Shown here one piece after another: positions 1 to 10,180 of a stretch of DNA of 64,000 nucleotides. This DNA is from Saprospiraceae bacterium (GTDB lineage Bacteria; Bacteroidota; Bacteroidia; Chitinophagales; Saprospiraceae). Within the stretch, counting starts at the first letter, position 1, and each line of letters begins with the position of its first letter. The stretch is from assembly GCA_019634045.1 (NCBI GenBank), contig JAHQWA010000396.1:8164-72163 (forward strand). Reading direction: 5' to 3'. The position numbers and the translations under genes are program-made. The notes beneath the pieces are model-generated. The model saw only the letters and a program-made list of their open reading frames with translations. It made no database searches and was not told the DNA's origin.

Positions 1-2025
1 CTACTAAAGCTTTTAGATGCTAGCTCGAAGCAGATCATTGTGGCTATTGGAGGAGCCCTGATTGCTTTACTCTACTTCCGTTTAATGCCGTTTCGTTGGC
101 CCAGTCAAGTTTATCAACCTGCCATCTGGATCCTAATGGGTTTGAGTATCCTATTGGGGGGCAGCCTGGCTATACTATTGCATCCCAAGCGGTCAAGACC
201 AAAAAGCAACTGGGCCTGGCTGGGTTTGGTACTAGGAACCACTGCCATTGTTTGGGGACTTTCCTGGGTTCAATCAGAAGGGAAACCCTCCTTTCCGCTG
301 TCCTTCGAGCGGCTTAGCCCGAGTCCATCACTAATGGAACAAGGAGTGGTAGATCCATCACTCCCTGGTGATTTCGCGTACCAAGAATTCACTTATGGCA
401 GCGGGAATGATCGCAAAAGAGTCGCTTTTAGTACTGCCGTACGGTACAAGACTTCATCGGTAGATGCCAAAAATTTGCTGCCCGATTGGAAGGGGAAGAA
501 GAAAAAGTGGAGAGAAAAATATTGGGGGTTTGGCGTGGATAGTTTCCCGCTGAACGGAAGAGTTTTTCTACCAGAACGCAATAGCCCTGCCCCCTTAGTC
601 TTAATGGTTCATGGTAATCATGCCATGGAAGATTATTCAGATGAAGGATATGCCTATCTAGGGGAGTTGTTAGCCAGCCAAGGTATGATTGCCGTCTCTG
701 TTGATGAAAATTTCCTAAACGGGACTTGGTCTGGTGATTTTCGGGGGAAAGAGATGCCAACTCGGGCATGGCTTTTACTGAAACACCTTGAACAATGGTC
801 CATTTGGAGTAGAGACGCTAATCATGAATTGTACCAAAAAGCTGACCTGAATCGCGTCATACTGATCGGTCACTCTCGGGGGGGGGAAGCCGTTTCTATA
901 GCAGCGGCATTCAATGAGCTTCCTCGGTTTCCTGATAATGCCAAGGAAACCTTCAACTTTGGTTACGGTATCAGGGGAGTGGTAGCGATCGCCCCAACTG
1001 ATTATCGGTACGACAGGCAAATGGAACTGGAAAATGTACACTTTCTTTCATTACAGGGATCTTACGATGCGGATGAAAGTGGCTTCTTTGGTCTTCGTCA
1101 ATATCAACGTGTCTCGCAAAATGATACACTTGAAAATTGGTTAAAGGCCGGGATTTACGTTCATGGAGCTAATCACGGTCAATTCAATAGCACTTGGGAT
1201 CGAACCGATTTTGGCGCTCCATATAGTTGGCTGCTGAATACCCATCCGATAATTTCCCGAGAACACCAGGAGAAGGTCGCCAAAGTTTTTATTAGTGCCT
1301 TCGCCCAGCTTGCCGTTGGAGCAGGTCCAAAAGCGAAGACTTATCGCTCCTTATTCAAACATACTGGTCATGCGAATGATTGGTTGCCAGTTGGAATTTA
1401 CCTAGGCCATTATAAAGATTCGCATGCTACAATCTTGGCTAATTTCGAAGAGGACATAGATATTGCTCGAGAACCCAAAGGTATTCTTACCAAAGCCATT
1501 TTGCCCAAAATTTGGAGAGAAGAACAGCTGAAATACCGGAACAATTTAATTCAAGGCAATAATGCCGTAGTACTTGGCTGGGATTATGGAGATAGTCTTC
1601 GACTGGATTCATTGACTCAATACCAGCTTCATTTTCCAGACTCCTTTTCAAAGGGAAGCACAGAGCTACTCTTCACTGCGGCGGCAGGAGACCCGAATAT
1701 CCTCCCAAAGTTTAAGGGCGAAGATCCAGACCTGGATATTACCATCGTGTTGCAAGACACCAGTGGCCAAAACGCTCAGTTAGTATTAAGTCAACACAAG
1801 GCTCTTGCCCCCAGGTTGAAGGTTCAGTATACCAAAAGCAAAAAGCTAGACAAGCAGCAATTCTCAAATAGTTGGGAAGTTACTACCGAAAGCTTCGCTA
1901 TTCCCTGGCGTGCTTTTGAGGCTGCAGAATCCTTCAATTTTAATGCTATAGAGCAAGTTAATTTTGTTTTTGACCAGACCCCCAAAGGGGTGATTTTCCT
2001 AGATGAAATTGGTTTTGGCTCTTAA
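1..2025 (+). CDS. Membrane-anchored alpha/beta-hydrolase-fold protein, probably 5'-truncated by the window edge
   Basis: The reading frame is open from nt 1, and the track start at 40 is only a GTG. Two N-terminal hydrophobic helices are present. GHSRGG matches the GxSxG nucleophile elbow, preceded by LVLMVHGNH. The roughly 250-aa C-terminal part is unassigned. Confidence 0.6.
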   Translation, partial: LLKLLDASSKQIIVAIGGALIALLYFRLMPFRWPSQVYQPAIWILMGLSILLGGSLAILLHPKRSRPKSNWAWLGLVLGTTAIVWGLSWVQSEGKPSFPLSFERLSPSPSLMEQGVVDPSLPGDFAYQEFTYGSGNDRKRVAFSTAVRYKTSSVDAKNLLPDWKGKKKKWREKYWGFGVDSFPLNGRVFLPERNSPAPLVLMVHGNHAMEDYSDEGYAYLGELLASQGMIAVSVDENFLNGTWSGDFRGKEMPTRAWLLLKHLEQWSIWSRDANHELYQKADLNRVILIGHSRGGEAVSIAAAFNELPRFPDNAKETFNFGYGIRGVVAIAPTDYRYDRQMELENVHFLSLQGSYDADESGFFGLRQYQRVSQNDTLENWLKAGIYVHGANHGQFNSTWDRTDFGAPYSWLLNTHPIISREHQEKVAKVFISAFAQLAVGAGPKAKTYRSLFKHTGHANDWLPVGIYLGHYKDSHATILANFEEDIDIAREPKGILTKAILPKIWREEQLKYRNNLIQGNNAVVLGWDYGDSLRLDSLTQYQLHFPDSFSKGSTELLFTAAAGDPNILPKFKGEDPDLDITIVLQDTSGQNAQLVLSQHKALAPRLKVQYTKSKKLDKQQFSNSWEVTTESFAIPWRAFEAAESFNFNAIEQVNFVFDQTPKGVIFLDEIGFGS

Positions 2026-2311
2026 GAAGCTAAACTCAAACAGCTTCTAAATAGTGTTAAAATTTCCTAAAATTCTTCTACTGGACCCAACTGTTTGGTA
2101 GGTATAGAGTGTTTATGCATATACAAAGTGGGAGACAGCGGTTTTAATCCTGGTTTTTCCCATATTTACCTACCCTCATACTCGCCACAAGACGCTAGTC
2201 CGTCAACCCTTAATCAACTTGGTATGATTGGAATGCATGGTGCTTTTCCATAGCATCATACAGTTCTACTTTGTAAAGACTGTTTTTATCATAAATTTTA
2301 AAGAAACCATT

Positions 2312-2764
2312 ATGAAAATCAATCACCTGACCATTTTAGGTCTATGCCTTTGCATCTTTTTTGCTGCCTGCAAAAAAGACGATGATGACAATGCAATTTG
2401 TGATGTCGAAATCCCCGCAGGAACTCGATTTTTTGAGTTTCAAAATGACAGTGGTGCCACTTTTCACGCTTGGACCAATAAGGCAGATGTTATTGCTGCC
2501 GTAGAAGCCCAACTGAACCTACCACTAGAACAGCGCGGACAACACATTAATGGAAAGATTGCCAGAATTGAAGGTAACTGTGCCATTAACCAGAACTGGA
2601 GCTGGTATTTCCTTCCTGATGACTGGGTAGTAGCTGATGCTTCCATCGAATTATGTGATGGTAACCCTCAGTATGTCGAAGATCACTTAGAAGACTATCT
2701 TGCCATTGAGCGATACTGCCCTTGGGGGTCCAAGGTCTTGAAGGAGGTCACACAGCCATTCTAG
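2312..2764 (+). CDS. Hypothetical lipoprotein
   Basis: The internal ATG at 2312 gives MKINHLTILGLCLCIFFAAC-KKDDDD, a lipoprotein signal peptide with a lipobox Cys. I recognise no domain. Confidence 0.55.
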   Translation: MKINHLTILGLCLCIFFAACKKDDDDNAICDVEIPAGTRFFEFQNDSGATFHAWTNKADVIAAVEAQLNLPLEQRGQHINGKIARIEGNCAINQNWSWYFLPDDWVVADASIELCDGNPQYVEDHLEDYLAIERYCPWGSKVLKEVTQPF

Positions 2765-2781
2765 TGGAAAAAAGTAAGGGT

Positions 2782-2808
2782 GAATGCTTCACAAGTTGTG
2801 AGGCATTC
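2782..2808. terminator. Stem-loop between convergent genes, possibly a bidirectional terminator
   Basis: gaatgcttcac-aagtt-gtgaggcattc forms an 11-bp stem with one G.U pair. It lies between the lipoprotein stop and the rpoN stop. There is no clear U-tract. Confidence 0.45.
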
Positions 2809-2823
2809 ATTCACAGTATTAGA

Positions 2824-4344
2824 TTATAATTCTTTGCGCAGGCGAGCTACAGGTATGCCCAATTGTTCTCGATATTTTGCAACAGTTCGGCGTGCAATAT
2901 TGTAGCCCTTTTCTTGCAAGATATTTTTAAGCTTCTCGTCCGATAAAGGCTTTCGTTTATTTTCTACATCAATGACTTCCCTCAATATCTTCTTAACCTC
3001 CAAAGTAGAAACCTCCTCACCTTCTGTCGTAGACAGAGATTCCGAGAAAAAGTCTTTCAGCCGCTTAGTTCCAAACTCTGTCTGTACAAACTTACTATTA
3101 GCCACCCGTGAAATTGTGGAAATATCTAAACCTGTAATATCAGCAATGTCTTTCAAGATCATGGGGCGCAATTTTTTCTGGTCCCCTGACAGAAAGAAGT
3201 CATACTGGTACTGCATAATTGCGTACATCGTGTTATACATGGTTTGTTGGCGCTGCCGAATAGCATCAATAAACCAGCGAGCGGAATCTATCTTTTGTTT
3301 AATGAACATCACCGCTTCTTTCTCTTTACGGTTAGCTCTGCGGCCCTTGGTATTCACCTTATAGGCTTTGAGCATATCACGGTATTGATCATTGATCCGA
3401 AGATCAGGTGCATTTTTACTATTTAAGGACAACTCTAGCTCTCCATCCCGATTTACTATGATAAAATCAGGTACAATATATTGAGCACCACTTCGATTGG
3501 AACTGCTGGAATAACCACTGGCTGGCTTGGGATTACACTTTAAAATTTCATCAATTGCATTCTTCAATTGCGCCTCCGTAACATTAAGTTGACGAATAAG
3601 CTTCTCGTAGTGCTTTTTAGTAAACTCATCAAAATATTTCGTAATAATCCGAACGCCATACTTCAACCACTTGACCTGATCATCATCTAATAGCTCCTGC
3701 CGTTCCAATTTGAGCTGCAATTGAATTTTCAGGCATTCTTGCAAATCCCTTGCTCCAATTCCTGGTGGATCAAAGCGCTGGATTTTCTTCAAGACATCAA
3801 GCACTTCTGATTCTTCGGCAAAAATATTCTGAGAAAACATCAGATCATCTAGAATGGCGATGGGCTCTCTTCGTAGATATCCATCATCATCGATACTCCC
3901 AATAATTTGTTGGGCGATGACCTCTTCTTTCTCATCCTTCATAGCCAAAAGGCCAAGTTGTTGCTCTAAGTAATCATGGAAAGAATCTTCCACTGCAATG
4001 GGAATAGTCTTCTCTTCCTCATCAGTATAGCTGTTATCACTCCTCAGCTTATACGACGCCGGATCATCCTCAATGTAGTCATTGATATACTCATCGAAAT
4101 CGTACGATTCATCTTGATATTCGTCCTCTCCCTGTTCTTCTGTCGCACTTAGCGCGGAATCTTCTTGTTGCTCAAATTCTGAGTTTTCTTCGCTTACCCC
4201 TTCGTCTAAGGCAGGATTAGCCTCCAACTCCTCTTTGATCCGCTGCTCTAAAGCTACAGTAGGCACCTGCAACAGTTTCATCAATTGAATCTGTTGCGGA
4301 GATAACTTCTGCAGCATTTTTTGGCTCAATGTTTGCCTTAGCAT
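2824..4344 (-). CDS. rpoN: RNA polymerase sigma-54 factor
   Basis: The N-terminal Gln/Leu-rich region I (LSPQQIQLMKLLQ), an acidic region II, and a C-terminal RpoN box (ARRTVAKYREQLGIP) are all present. Confidence 0.95.
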   Translation of the reverse strand: MLRQTLSQKMLQKLSPQQIQLMKLLQVPTVALEQRIKEELEANPALDEGVSEENSEFEQQEDSALSATEEQGEDEYQDESYDFDEYINDYIEDDPASYKLRSDNSYTDEEEKTIPIAVEDSFHDYLEQQLGLLAMKDEKEEVIAQQIIGSIDDDGYLRREPIAILDDLMFSQNIFAEESEVLDVLKKIQRFDPPGIGARDLQECLKIQLQLKLERQELLDDDQVKWLKYGVRIITKYFDEFTKKHYEKLIRQLNVTEAQLKNAIDEILKCNPKPASGYSSSSNRSGAQYIVPDFIIVNRDGELELSLNSKNAPDLRINDQYRDMLKAYKVNTKGRRANRKEKEAVMFIKQKIDSARWFIDAIRQRQQTMYNTMYAIMQYQYDFFLSGDQKKLRPMILKDIADITGLDISTISRVANSKFVQTEFGTKRLKDFFSESLSTTEGEEVSTLEVKKILREVIDVENKRKPLSDEKLKNILQEKGYNIARRTVAKYREQLGIPVARLRKEL

Positions 4345-4593
4345 CTTACTCCGGTTTAAATACTATAACGGAATCTCTCAACCCCTGTTACAATTTTTTA
4401 ATTGCAATTTATTAATTTCAACGACCTTATGATTTAGCCCATTTTCTCAGATTTGCTTATTCGCAATATAAGCCTTTTTTAAAGAAAAGGGAAGCCACAA
4501 AAGCTATTAGAAACAAAACATATTCACCTTTTTATAATATATTTTTACTATTATAAAAGCTTTTTCATCCGCAGATCAAAGAACAGATAGCTT

Positions 4594-6399
4594 ATGGCAA
4601 ATGAAAAAAAAGCGCTCATTGAGGCTTTGCAGGACGCTATGAAAAAAAGAGGTCTTGCTGCCTATTTAATCCCTAGTGCTGACCCGCACCAAAGTGAATA
4701 CGTGGCCGCCTATTGGAAAACACGTGCCCACTTCAGTGGGTTCACGGGATCGGCAGGTATTTTAGTAGTAACTTCTGACCAAGCAGGACTTTGGACAGAT
4801 TCCCGTTACTTTCTACAAGCTGAAGCAGAACTTAAAGGTAGTGGCATTTCTCTGTGTAAGCAGGTGATTCCACATGCTCCGGAACACATTCCATGGCTTG
4901 CAGAGCAGCTACCGGAAAAGTCTGTAGTTGGCATCAATGGCCGCCTCTTTACCATCGGACAGGTGGAGTACATGAAGACGGTCTTTAGAACTAAGCGAAT
5001 CAAAATTGAATCCGATCTACAGCTGGAAGATGAAATCTGGCAAGGAAACAGGCCCCCACTGCCCACGAGCAAAGTATTTGAACTTGCACCTGAAGTAGCA
5101 GGAGAAACTCGGCTACAGAAATTAAATCGAATTGCCCAGGAGTTGAAGAAAAGAAATGCTGGCTTTCAATTGGTTAGTACGCTTGATGATATAGCATGGA
5201 TATTGAATATTCGCTCAGGCGATGTGGCCTATAATCCTGTTTGTATCTCTTATTTGATGGTGGGGCATATCCTTTCTTACTTATTCGTGGATACAAAAAA
5301 GATTCCTTCAGACCTGCAAGAAAAGCTACAGGTAGATGGAATCCTCCTGAAACCATACGAAGAAATTGTTCCCTTTCTAGCTGGATTAGGTTCCAAACAG
5401 AATGTGCTTTGTGACCAAAATACGGTTAGTATTGGTTTGTTTGAGGCTATCCCCAACCGTAAACGTCTGCTGGGTCCAAATTTTTCCCGTCGATTTAAAG
5501 CGATCAAAAACGATACGGAGGTCAACCTGATCCGAAGGGCAATGATCAAAGATGGTGTTGCCTTGACGAAGTTATACCGTTGGTTGATACAACACCTTCA
5601 AAGCAATTCTACGACGGAAGTGGAGGTTCGAAAAAAACTGGATCAGTTTCGACAGGCAGAAGGAAGTTATTATGGAGAAAGTTTTCCAGCCATTGTGGGA
5701 TATAAAGGCAATGGAGCTATTATCCACTATCATGCTGAAAAAGGTAATTGCGCCACTATTACAGCAGAAGGGATTTTACTATTGGACTCGGGCGGTCAGT
5801 ATCTACAAGGTACTACAGATATTACTAGAACGACTACTCTTGGAACACCCACAGCAGCACAAAAACGCCATTTTACGCTTGTGTTGAAGGGGCATATCGC
5901 ACTTTCTAACATAGAATTTCCAAAGGGAACTACCGGTGTTCAGTTGGATGCTTTGGCCAGGCAGTTTCTATGGCGAGCGGGACTAAACTACGGTCATGGA
6001 ACCGGTCATGGCGTCGGTTTTTTCTTGAATGTACATGAACCGCCTCAAGGCTTTGCCACGACGACCACCACAGCACGGGGGAGTACCGCCTTTGAAGCAG
6101 GAATGTTAACTTCAAATGAGCCTGGCTATTACTTGGAGGGCAGTTACGGGATTCGTATTGAGAATCTAATGCTTTGCATCCCCTCTAAAAATAAAAAAGC
6201 AAAAGATTTTCTAGCCTTTGAAGCTTTGACGCTTTTCCCAATTGATCAGCAGCTCATCGACTTAGAACTGCTAGAACCTTTAGAGATACAGTGGCTCAAT
6301 AGCTACCATCAGAAGGTATTGGAACAGCTCTCTCCCCACCTTGACCTGGAAGAGATACAGTGGCTAAAGCAGCAATGTCAAGAAATTCCGATGAAGTGA
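4594..6399 (+). CDS. Xaa-Pro aminopeptidase (peptidase M24B, long three-domain form)
   Basis: The protein has a creatinase-like N-terminal part and M24 metal-ligand motifs (DSGGQY, TDITRT, HGTGHGVG, SNEPGYY, IRIEN). At 601 aa it fits the long aminopeptidase P type. Confidence 0.85.
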   Translation: MANEKKALIEALQDAMKKRGLAAYLIPSADPHQSEYVAAYWKTRAHFSGFTGSAGILVVTSDQAGLWTDSRYFLQAEAELKGSGISLCKQVIPHAPEHIPWLAEQLPEKSVVGINGRLFTIGQVEYMKTVFRTKRIKIESDLQLEDEIWQGNRPPLPTSKVFELAPEVAGETRLQKLNRIAQELKKRNAGFQLVSTLDDIAWILNIRSGDVAYNPVCISYLMVGHILSYLFVDTKKIPSDLQEKLQVDGILLKPYEEIVPFLAGLGSKQNVLCDQNTVSIGLFEAIPNRKRLLGPNFSRRFKAIKNDTEVNLIRRAMIKDGVALTKLYRWLIQHLQSNSTTEVEVRKKLDQFRQAEGSYYGESFPAIVGYKGNGAIIHYHAEKGNCATITAEGILLLDSGGQYLQGTTDITRTTTLGTPTAAQKRHFTLVLKGHIALSNIEFPKGTTGVQLDALARQFLWRAGLNYGHGTGHGVGFFLNVHEPPQGFATTTTTARGSTAFEAGMLTSNEPGYYLEGSYGIRIENLMLCIPSKNKKAKDFLAFEALTLFPIDQQLIDLELLEPLEIQWLNSYHQKVLEQLSPHLDLEEIQWLKQQCQEIPMK

Positions 6400-6483
6400 G
6401 TAATCATCGTGTAAGCCTATGAATTCCCTTACGGACCTGTAGAGAGTAGTCCATATTGGCAGAGAATAGCTTATCTTTGCAGT

Positions 6484-7536
6484 ATGAAGACAGGGATAGA
6501 GAAGAAAGACATTAGATTATTGGATTTACCAGCTTTGCAGAATACGCTGACAGGCATGGGAGAACCAAAGTTCAGGGCAAAACAAATTCATGAGTGGCTT
6601 TGGAAAAAAGGCGTTGGTTCTTTTGAAGAAATGACGAATTTACCGAAAAAGCTCAGGGAAAATCTAGTCGACCATTTCAGCATAAACACGATCACCATTG
6701 ATAAAGTGCAGAAGAGCATGGACGGAACGATCAAATCTCGGTTTCGCCTGCATGATGGTCACTTAATTGAATCTGTGCTGATCCCCGTTCCTATGGATCG
6801 CAGATATACAGTTTGTGTTTCCTCCCAAGTAGGTTGTAGTCTTACTTGTAAATTCTGTGCAACGGGTCAGATGAAACGCCATCGTAATCTAGACGCAGGA
6901 GAGATTTACGATCAAGTGGTGGCTGTCAATCAACAATCCTTGGAACAATTTGATCACCCGTTGACCAATATCGTGTATATGGGAATGGGTGAACCCTTGC
7001 TGGCCTACCGAAATGTAATGGAAAGCGTCGAGTTGATTACTTCTCCTGATGGTCTAAATATGTCCCCAAAAAGGATTACGGTAAGTACAGCAGGGATTGC
7101 CAAAATGATCAAGAAATTGGCAGATGATGAGGTTAAGTTTAATCTTGCGCTCTCCTTGCATGCCGCAGATGATCAGAAACGAGATCAGATCATGCCCATC
7201 AATGAGCAGAATAATCTTGCTGCTTTGATGGAATCCCTGAGATACTTCTACCGAAAAACCAGAAATAGAATCAGCTACGAGTATATTACTTTCCAAAACT
7301 TTAATGACAGCCTGGAGGACGCTGCCAACTTAGTCAAGCTTTGCCGGTCGTTCCCAGTACGCGTTAACATCATTGAGTATAATCCAATTGATGGCGCGCC
7401 GTTCCTCAAATCAGCCGAGCACAAGATCGATGATTTTGCGAGACATCTCCGAAGAAATGAGATCATGGTAACCGTTCGCAGAAGTCGAGGTAAGGATATA
7501 GATGCTGCCTGTGGGCAGTTGGCGAATAAAGAATAG
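6484..7536 (+). CDS. rlmN: 23S rRNA/tRNA adenine-C2 methyltransferase, radical SAM
   Basis: Supporting motifs are the FRAKQIHEWLW N-terminal motif, the CSLTCKFCATG radical-SAM CxxxCxxC cluster, and the conserved C-terminal GKDIDAACGQL. Confidence 0.9.
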   Translation: MKTGIEKKDIRLLDLPALQNTLTGMGEPKFRAKQIHEWLWKKGVGSFEEMTNLPKKLRENLVDHFSINTITIDKVQKSMDGTIKSRFRLHDGHLIESVLIPVPMDRRYTVCVSSQVGCSLTCKFCATGQMKRHRNLDAGEIYDQVVAVNQQSLEQFDHPLTNIVYMGMGEPLLAYRNVMESVELITSPDGLNMSPKRITVSTAGIAKMIKKLADDEVKFNLALSLHAADDQKRDQIMPINEQNNLAALMESLRYFYRKTRNRISYEYITFQNFNDSLEDAANLVKLCRSFPVRVNIIEYNPIDGAPFLKSAEHKIDDFARHLRRNEIMVTVRRSRGKDIDAACGQLANKE

Positions 7537-7657
7537 TCTATCCTGTGTTTATCTCTTGACCGGCTTTGGTCTAAATCATTGAGTTTAATACCAGTACCGA
7601 TGGGGAAGCGTCCAGAAAAAATGGATAAAGGGATAGGACCCTGCTTAAATCAAGTAC

Positions 7658-7690
7658 CTCCGTTTGTCCCAAAATTTGAGACAAACGGAG
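7658..7690. terminator. Perfect 11-bp stem-loop between convergent rlmN and the pfkB-family gene
   Basis: The structure is ctccgtttgtc-(11 nt)-gacaaacggag. It has no U-tract, so its function as a terminator is inferred from position only. Confidence 0.4.
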
Positions 7691-7703
7691 ATCTTAGAAG
7701 CTG

Positions 7704-8630
7704 TTATACTTTAAGTTTAGCGTCAAAGTTGACCAGCTGTACAAAGCGAACGATGCGCTCTGTAATCTCATCCTCTGACAGTTCTGTTATACGCTCGATG
7801 CCAAACTTTTCTACACAAAAAGAAGCCATTGCGGAGCCATAAATAACCGCGCGCTTCATGTTCTCGAATGACAAATCATCGGTAGAAGCCATATACCCCA
7901 TAAATCCTCCTGCAAAGGTGTCTCCTGCACCCGTTGGATCGAAGACTTCCGCTAAAGGCAAGGCAGGCGCAAAAAAGACCTGATCCCCTTGGAATAATAG
8001 GGCTCCGTGTTCTCCTTTCTTTACTACAATTATCTTAGGTCCCATCTTGTGAATTAGCGCAGCTGCTTTGACTAGAGAATATTCTCCTGACAGTTGCCGA
8101 GCTTCCTCATCATTAATGAGCAGCACATCTACAAGTTTCAGCACGTCCACCAAGCTTTCCATAGCAGTGTCCATCCAAAAGTTCATGGTATCCATACCAA
8201 CCAACTTGGGACGTTTAGCCATTTGCTCGATTACCTGCTTCTGAATGGAAGGCGTTAAGTTACCCAACATCAGATAATCTGCTTGTTGGTAAGACTTGGG
8301 GAGCACCGGGTCAAAGTCCGCCAAAACATTCAATTGGGTATCCAAAGTATCCCGCTCATTCATGTTATCATGGTACTTCCCAGCCCAGAAAAAGGACTTC
8401 TCTCCCTCTTTAATTTGCAAACCTTCGAGGTCAATTCCCCGGTTTTCCATCATGGACAAGGTCTCTTTTGGAAAATCATCTCCTACCACGGAAACTATTT
8501 TGATATCATCCGTGTAATAAGAGGCGGAAAGTGCGATATAAGTAGCAGCACCACCGACGATTTTCTCGGCTCGCCCAAATGGGGTTTGAACATCGTCAAA
8601 TGCAACAGTACCAACGGTTAATAAACTCAT
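7704..8630 (-). CDS. PfkB-family carbohydrate kinase
   Basis: It shows the ribokinase-like fold signature DPTGAGDTFAGGF near the C-terminus. The N-terminal glycine-rich region and the length (308 aa) are typical of the family. Confidence 0.8.
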   Translation of the reverse strand: MSLLTVGTVAFDDVQTPFGRAEKIVGGAATYIALSASYYTDDIKIVSVVGDDFPKETLSMMENRGIDLEGLQIKEGEKSFFWAGKYHDNMNERDTLDTQLNVLADFDPVLPKSYQQADYLMLGNLTPSIQKQVIEQMAKRPKLVGMDTMNFWMDTAMESLVDVLKLVDVLLINDEEARQLSGEYSLVKAAALIHKMGPKIIVVKKGEHGALLFQGDQVFFAPALPLAEVFDPTGAGDTFAGGFMGYMASTDDLSFENMKRAVIYGSAMASFCVEKFGIERITELSEDEITERIVRFVQLVNFDAKLKV

Positions 8631-8663
8631 GGATATTATTATTTAAAAAAATTTTCGCAAATA

Positions 8664-8694
8664 TTGCACTTTTATTTCTAAAGTAGTAGATTTG
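8664..8694 (+). promoter_or_regulatory. Candidate Bacteroidota sigma-A promoter for tRNA-Asn
   Basis: TTG (8664-8666), 20 nt of spacer, then TAGATTTG (8687-8694). The second element matches the TAnnTTTG -7 consensus and lies about 42 nt upstream of the tRNA. Confidence 0.4.
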
Positions 8695-8735
8695 CACCGC
8701 TCTTTTAAGAAAGGAGCACACAAGACATAAAACTA

Positions 8736-8809
8736 GCCTCCTTAGCTCAGCTGGTTAGAGCGGCGGACTGTTAATCCGTAGGTCCAAGGTTCAAGTCCTT
8801 GAGGGGGCG
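8736..8809 (+). tRNA. tRNA-Asn (anticodon GTT)
   Basis: I folded a cloverleaf by hand. The acceptor stem is GCCTCCT/AGGGGGC with one G.U pair. The D stem is GCTC/GAGC. The anticodon stem is GCGGA/TCCGT with loop CTGTTAA. The variable loop is AGGTC. The T arm is CAAGG-TTCAAGT-CCTTG. The discriminator is G, and CCA is not encoded. Confidence 0.95.
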
Positions 8810-8813
8810 CAAA

Positions 8814-8846
8814 GGCTCTGCAATTTTGCAGGGCCTTTCTTTTTTC
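8814..8846 (+). terminator. Rho-independent terminator after tRNA-Asn
   Basis: ggctctgca-attt-tgcagggcc forms a 9-bp stem with one G.U pair, followed by TTTCTTTTTT. Confidence 0.7.
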
Positions 8847-9125
8847 ACACAAGGTATAAAGCACTCCGTTCCCACTTATTACTTCTTTCTTGGGCCCGAC
8901 CTTTCCCCTCGCAAAGGTTGCTGTTTTTCACCAATCTACCTATCCACATAACAAAATCTCCCCCTGTCCCCCTTTTGTCCACCATCCAAATTTTCCTTGT
9001 GCAGATAAAGCCCGTAGACTTGTAAGGACAAGAATCGAGCTTCCTTCACACATGTTATGTTCCCCCATTAGCGCATGATATCAGAAGCAGGCCACTCATT
9101 TTCTCACACCTGTAAAAGATACAAG

Positions 9126-9710
9126 ATGAAACACAGCAAAAATTTTCTTCAACGCGGATTTATCCAGGCCACTTTATTCATTCTCGCTCTTGTACTCAGT
9201 GTCGTAAATGTTCAAGGACAAGACAATGACCTAAAACTCTCTTTGGGTGCTTCTTATGGAATTGCACCGAATGTGACCTACGGAAACTCCGAGGATGCTG
9301 GTAGCTTAGTCAGCGTTTTTGGTGATCTACAGTACCAGAACATTATTGGGCAACTACAGTTTGCATCGGCCTTATCAAGTACCTTCAAGGAAGGAAACTT
9401 TGAAAACGGAGCTTCCCTTCATGGTTCCATTGGTTACGTAGTGGATATAACAGAAGAGTTTAAGCTGCCGATCATGATCGGAGGAGGAGCGGCCTTTATC
9501 AAGTATAACAATAGTTTTAATGGAGGCTCAGGAAATGCCTTCAATGATGTAAGTCCACAGGTAGGATTGACGGTGGCCCCCTATTATCAATTTACGGACA
9601 ACATCTCAGTTCAAGGTTCGGCTCGCTATTTTAAGGGATTCAAAGGTAGTGTGGATAGCCAACCCATTGATTTGACACATATCTCCATTGGATTGCGGAT
9701 CACCATCTGA
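9126..9710 (+). CDS. Putative outer-membrane beta-barrel protein
   Basis: The ATG at 9126 gives a signal peptide (…LVLSVVNV/QGQ). An alternating hydrophobic/Gly-rich pattern typical of small OM barrels follows (LSLGASYGI, SIGYVV, GLTVAPYYQF, ISIGLRITI). Confidence 0.5.
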   Translation: MKHSKNFLQRGFIQATLFILALVLSVVNVQGQDNDLKLSLGASYGIAPNVTYGNSEDAGSLVSVFGDLQYQNIIGQLQFASALSSTFKEGNFENGASLHGSIGYVVDITEEFKLPIMIGGGAAFIKYNNSFNGGSGNAFNDVSPQVGLTVAPYYQFTDNISVQGSARYFKGFKGSVDSQPIDLTHISIGLRITI

Positions 9711-9898
9711 TGAACACGCTTCCCCCGCGACATGGGCCTTTTGGAACAGTTTTTTTATACCTATGAAATTTTCTGAGCTTTAAGTGCGTTGTATTAGTGA
9801 GTTTTATAAAACTGCTGCTCTGACAATTCTTGCGGTCAGAGAAATATAAAACTTGACCCCATTCTTCCCCAGCTCCCCATCCCCGGTAAAAATTCTCT

Positions 9899-10018
9899 TT
9901 CTTAGACAAATCTCGTGGACAAGCATAAAATGAGATGATAAGCAGCACTGACGATTACTGTCAGTGAAGTGTTGAATTTCATTTTGGAGTGTCTCGAAAC
10001 ACAAAATTTGTCTAAGAA
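9899..10018. repeat. 120-bp element bounded by a perfect 13-bp inverted repeat (MITE-like or structured RNA)
   Basis: ttcttagacaaat (9899-9911) pairs with atttgtctaagaa (10006-10018). An internal 7-bp hairpin is cactgac-gattact-gtcagtg (9946-9966). The direct repeat aaaattct sits 2 nt outside each arm (9889-9896 and 10021-10028). Confidence 0.45.
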
Positions 10019-10180
10019 CTAAAATTCTAATACGACGTACTTACAAGCACTTTGAGTCAAACTGTTTTTCCACTGATAAGGACAGATGGGAAATCTATGA
10101 GAACACCTAAAATCGTGATTTGCACTTTGAATGCTCAGTGGTACGTCTAGTCAATTATTTATTCATCCCAATCATTGATT

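Noticed and set aside
9700-10004. Minus-strand ORFs of 82 and 66 aa in the spacer after the OM-barrel gene
   Set aside because: They overlap each other and the inverted-repeat element. They have no motifs or plausible start context, and the region looks non-coding.
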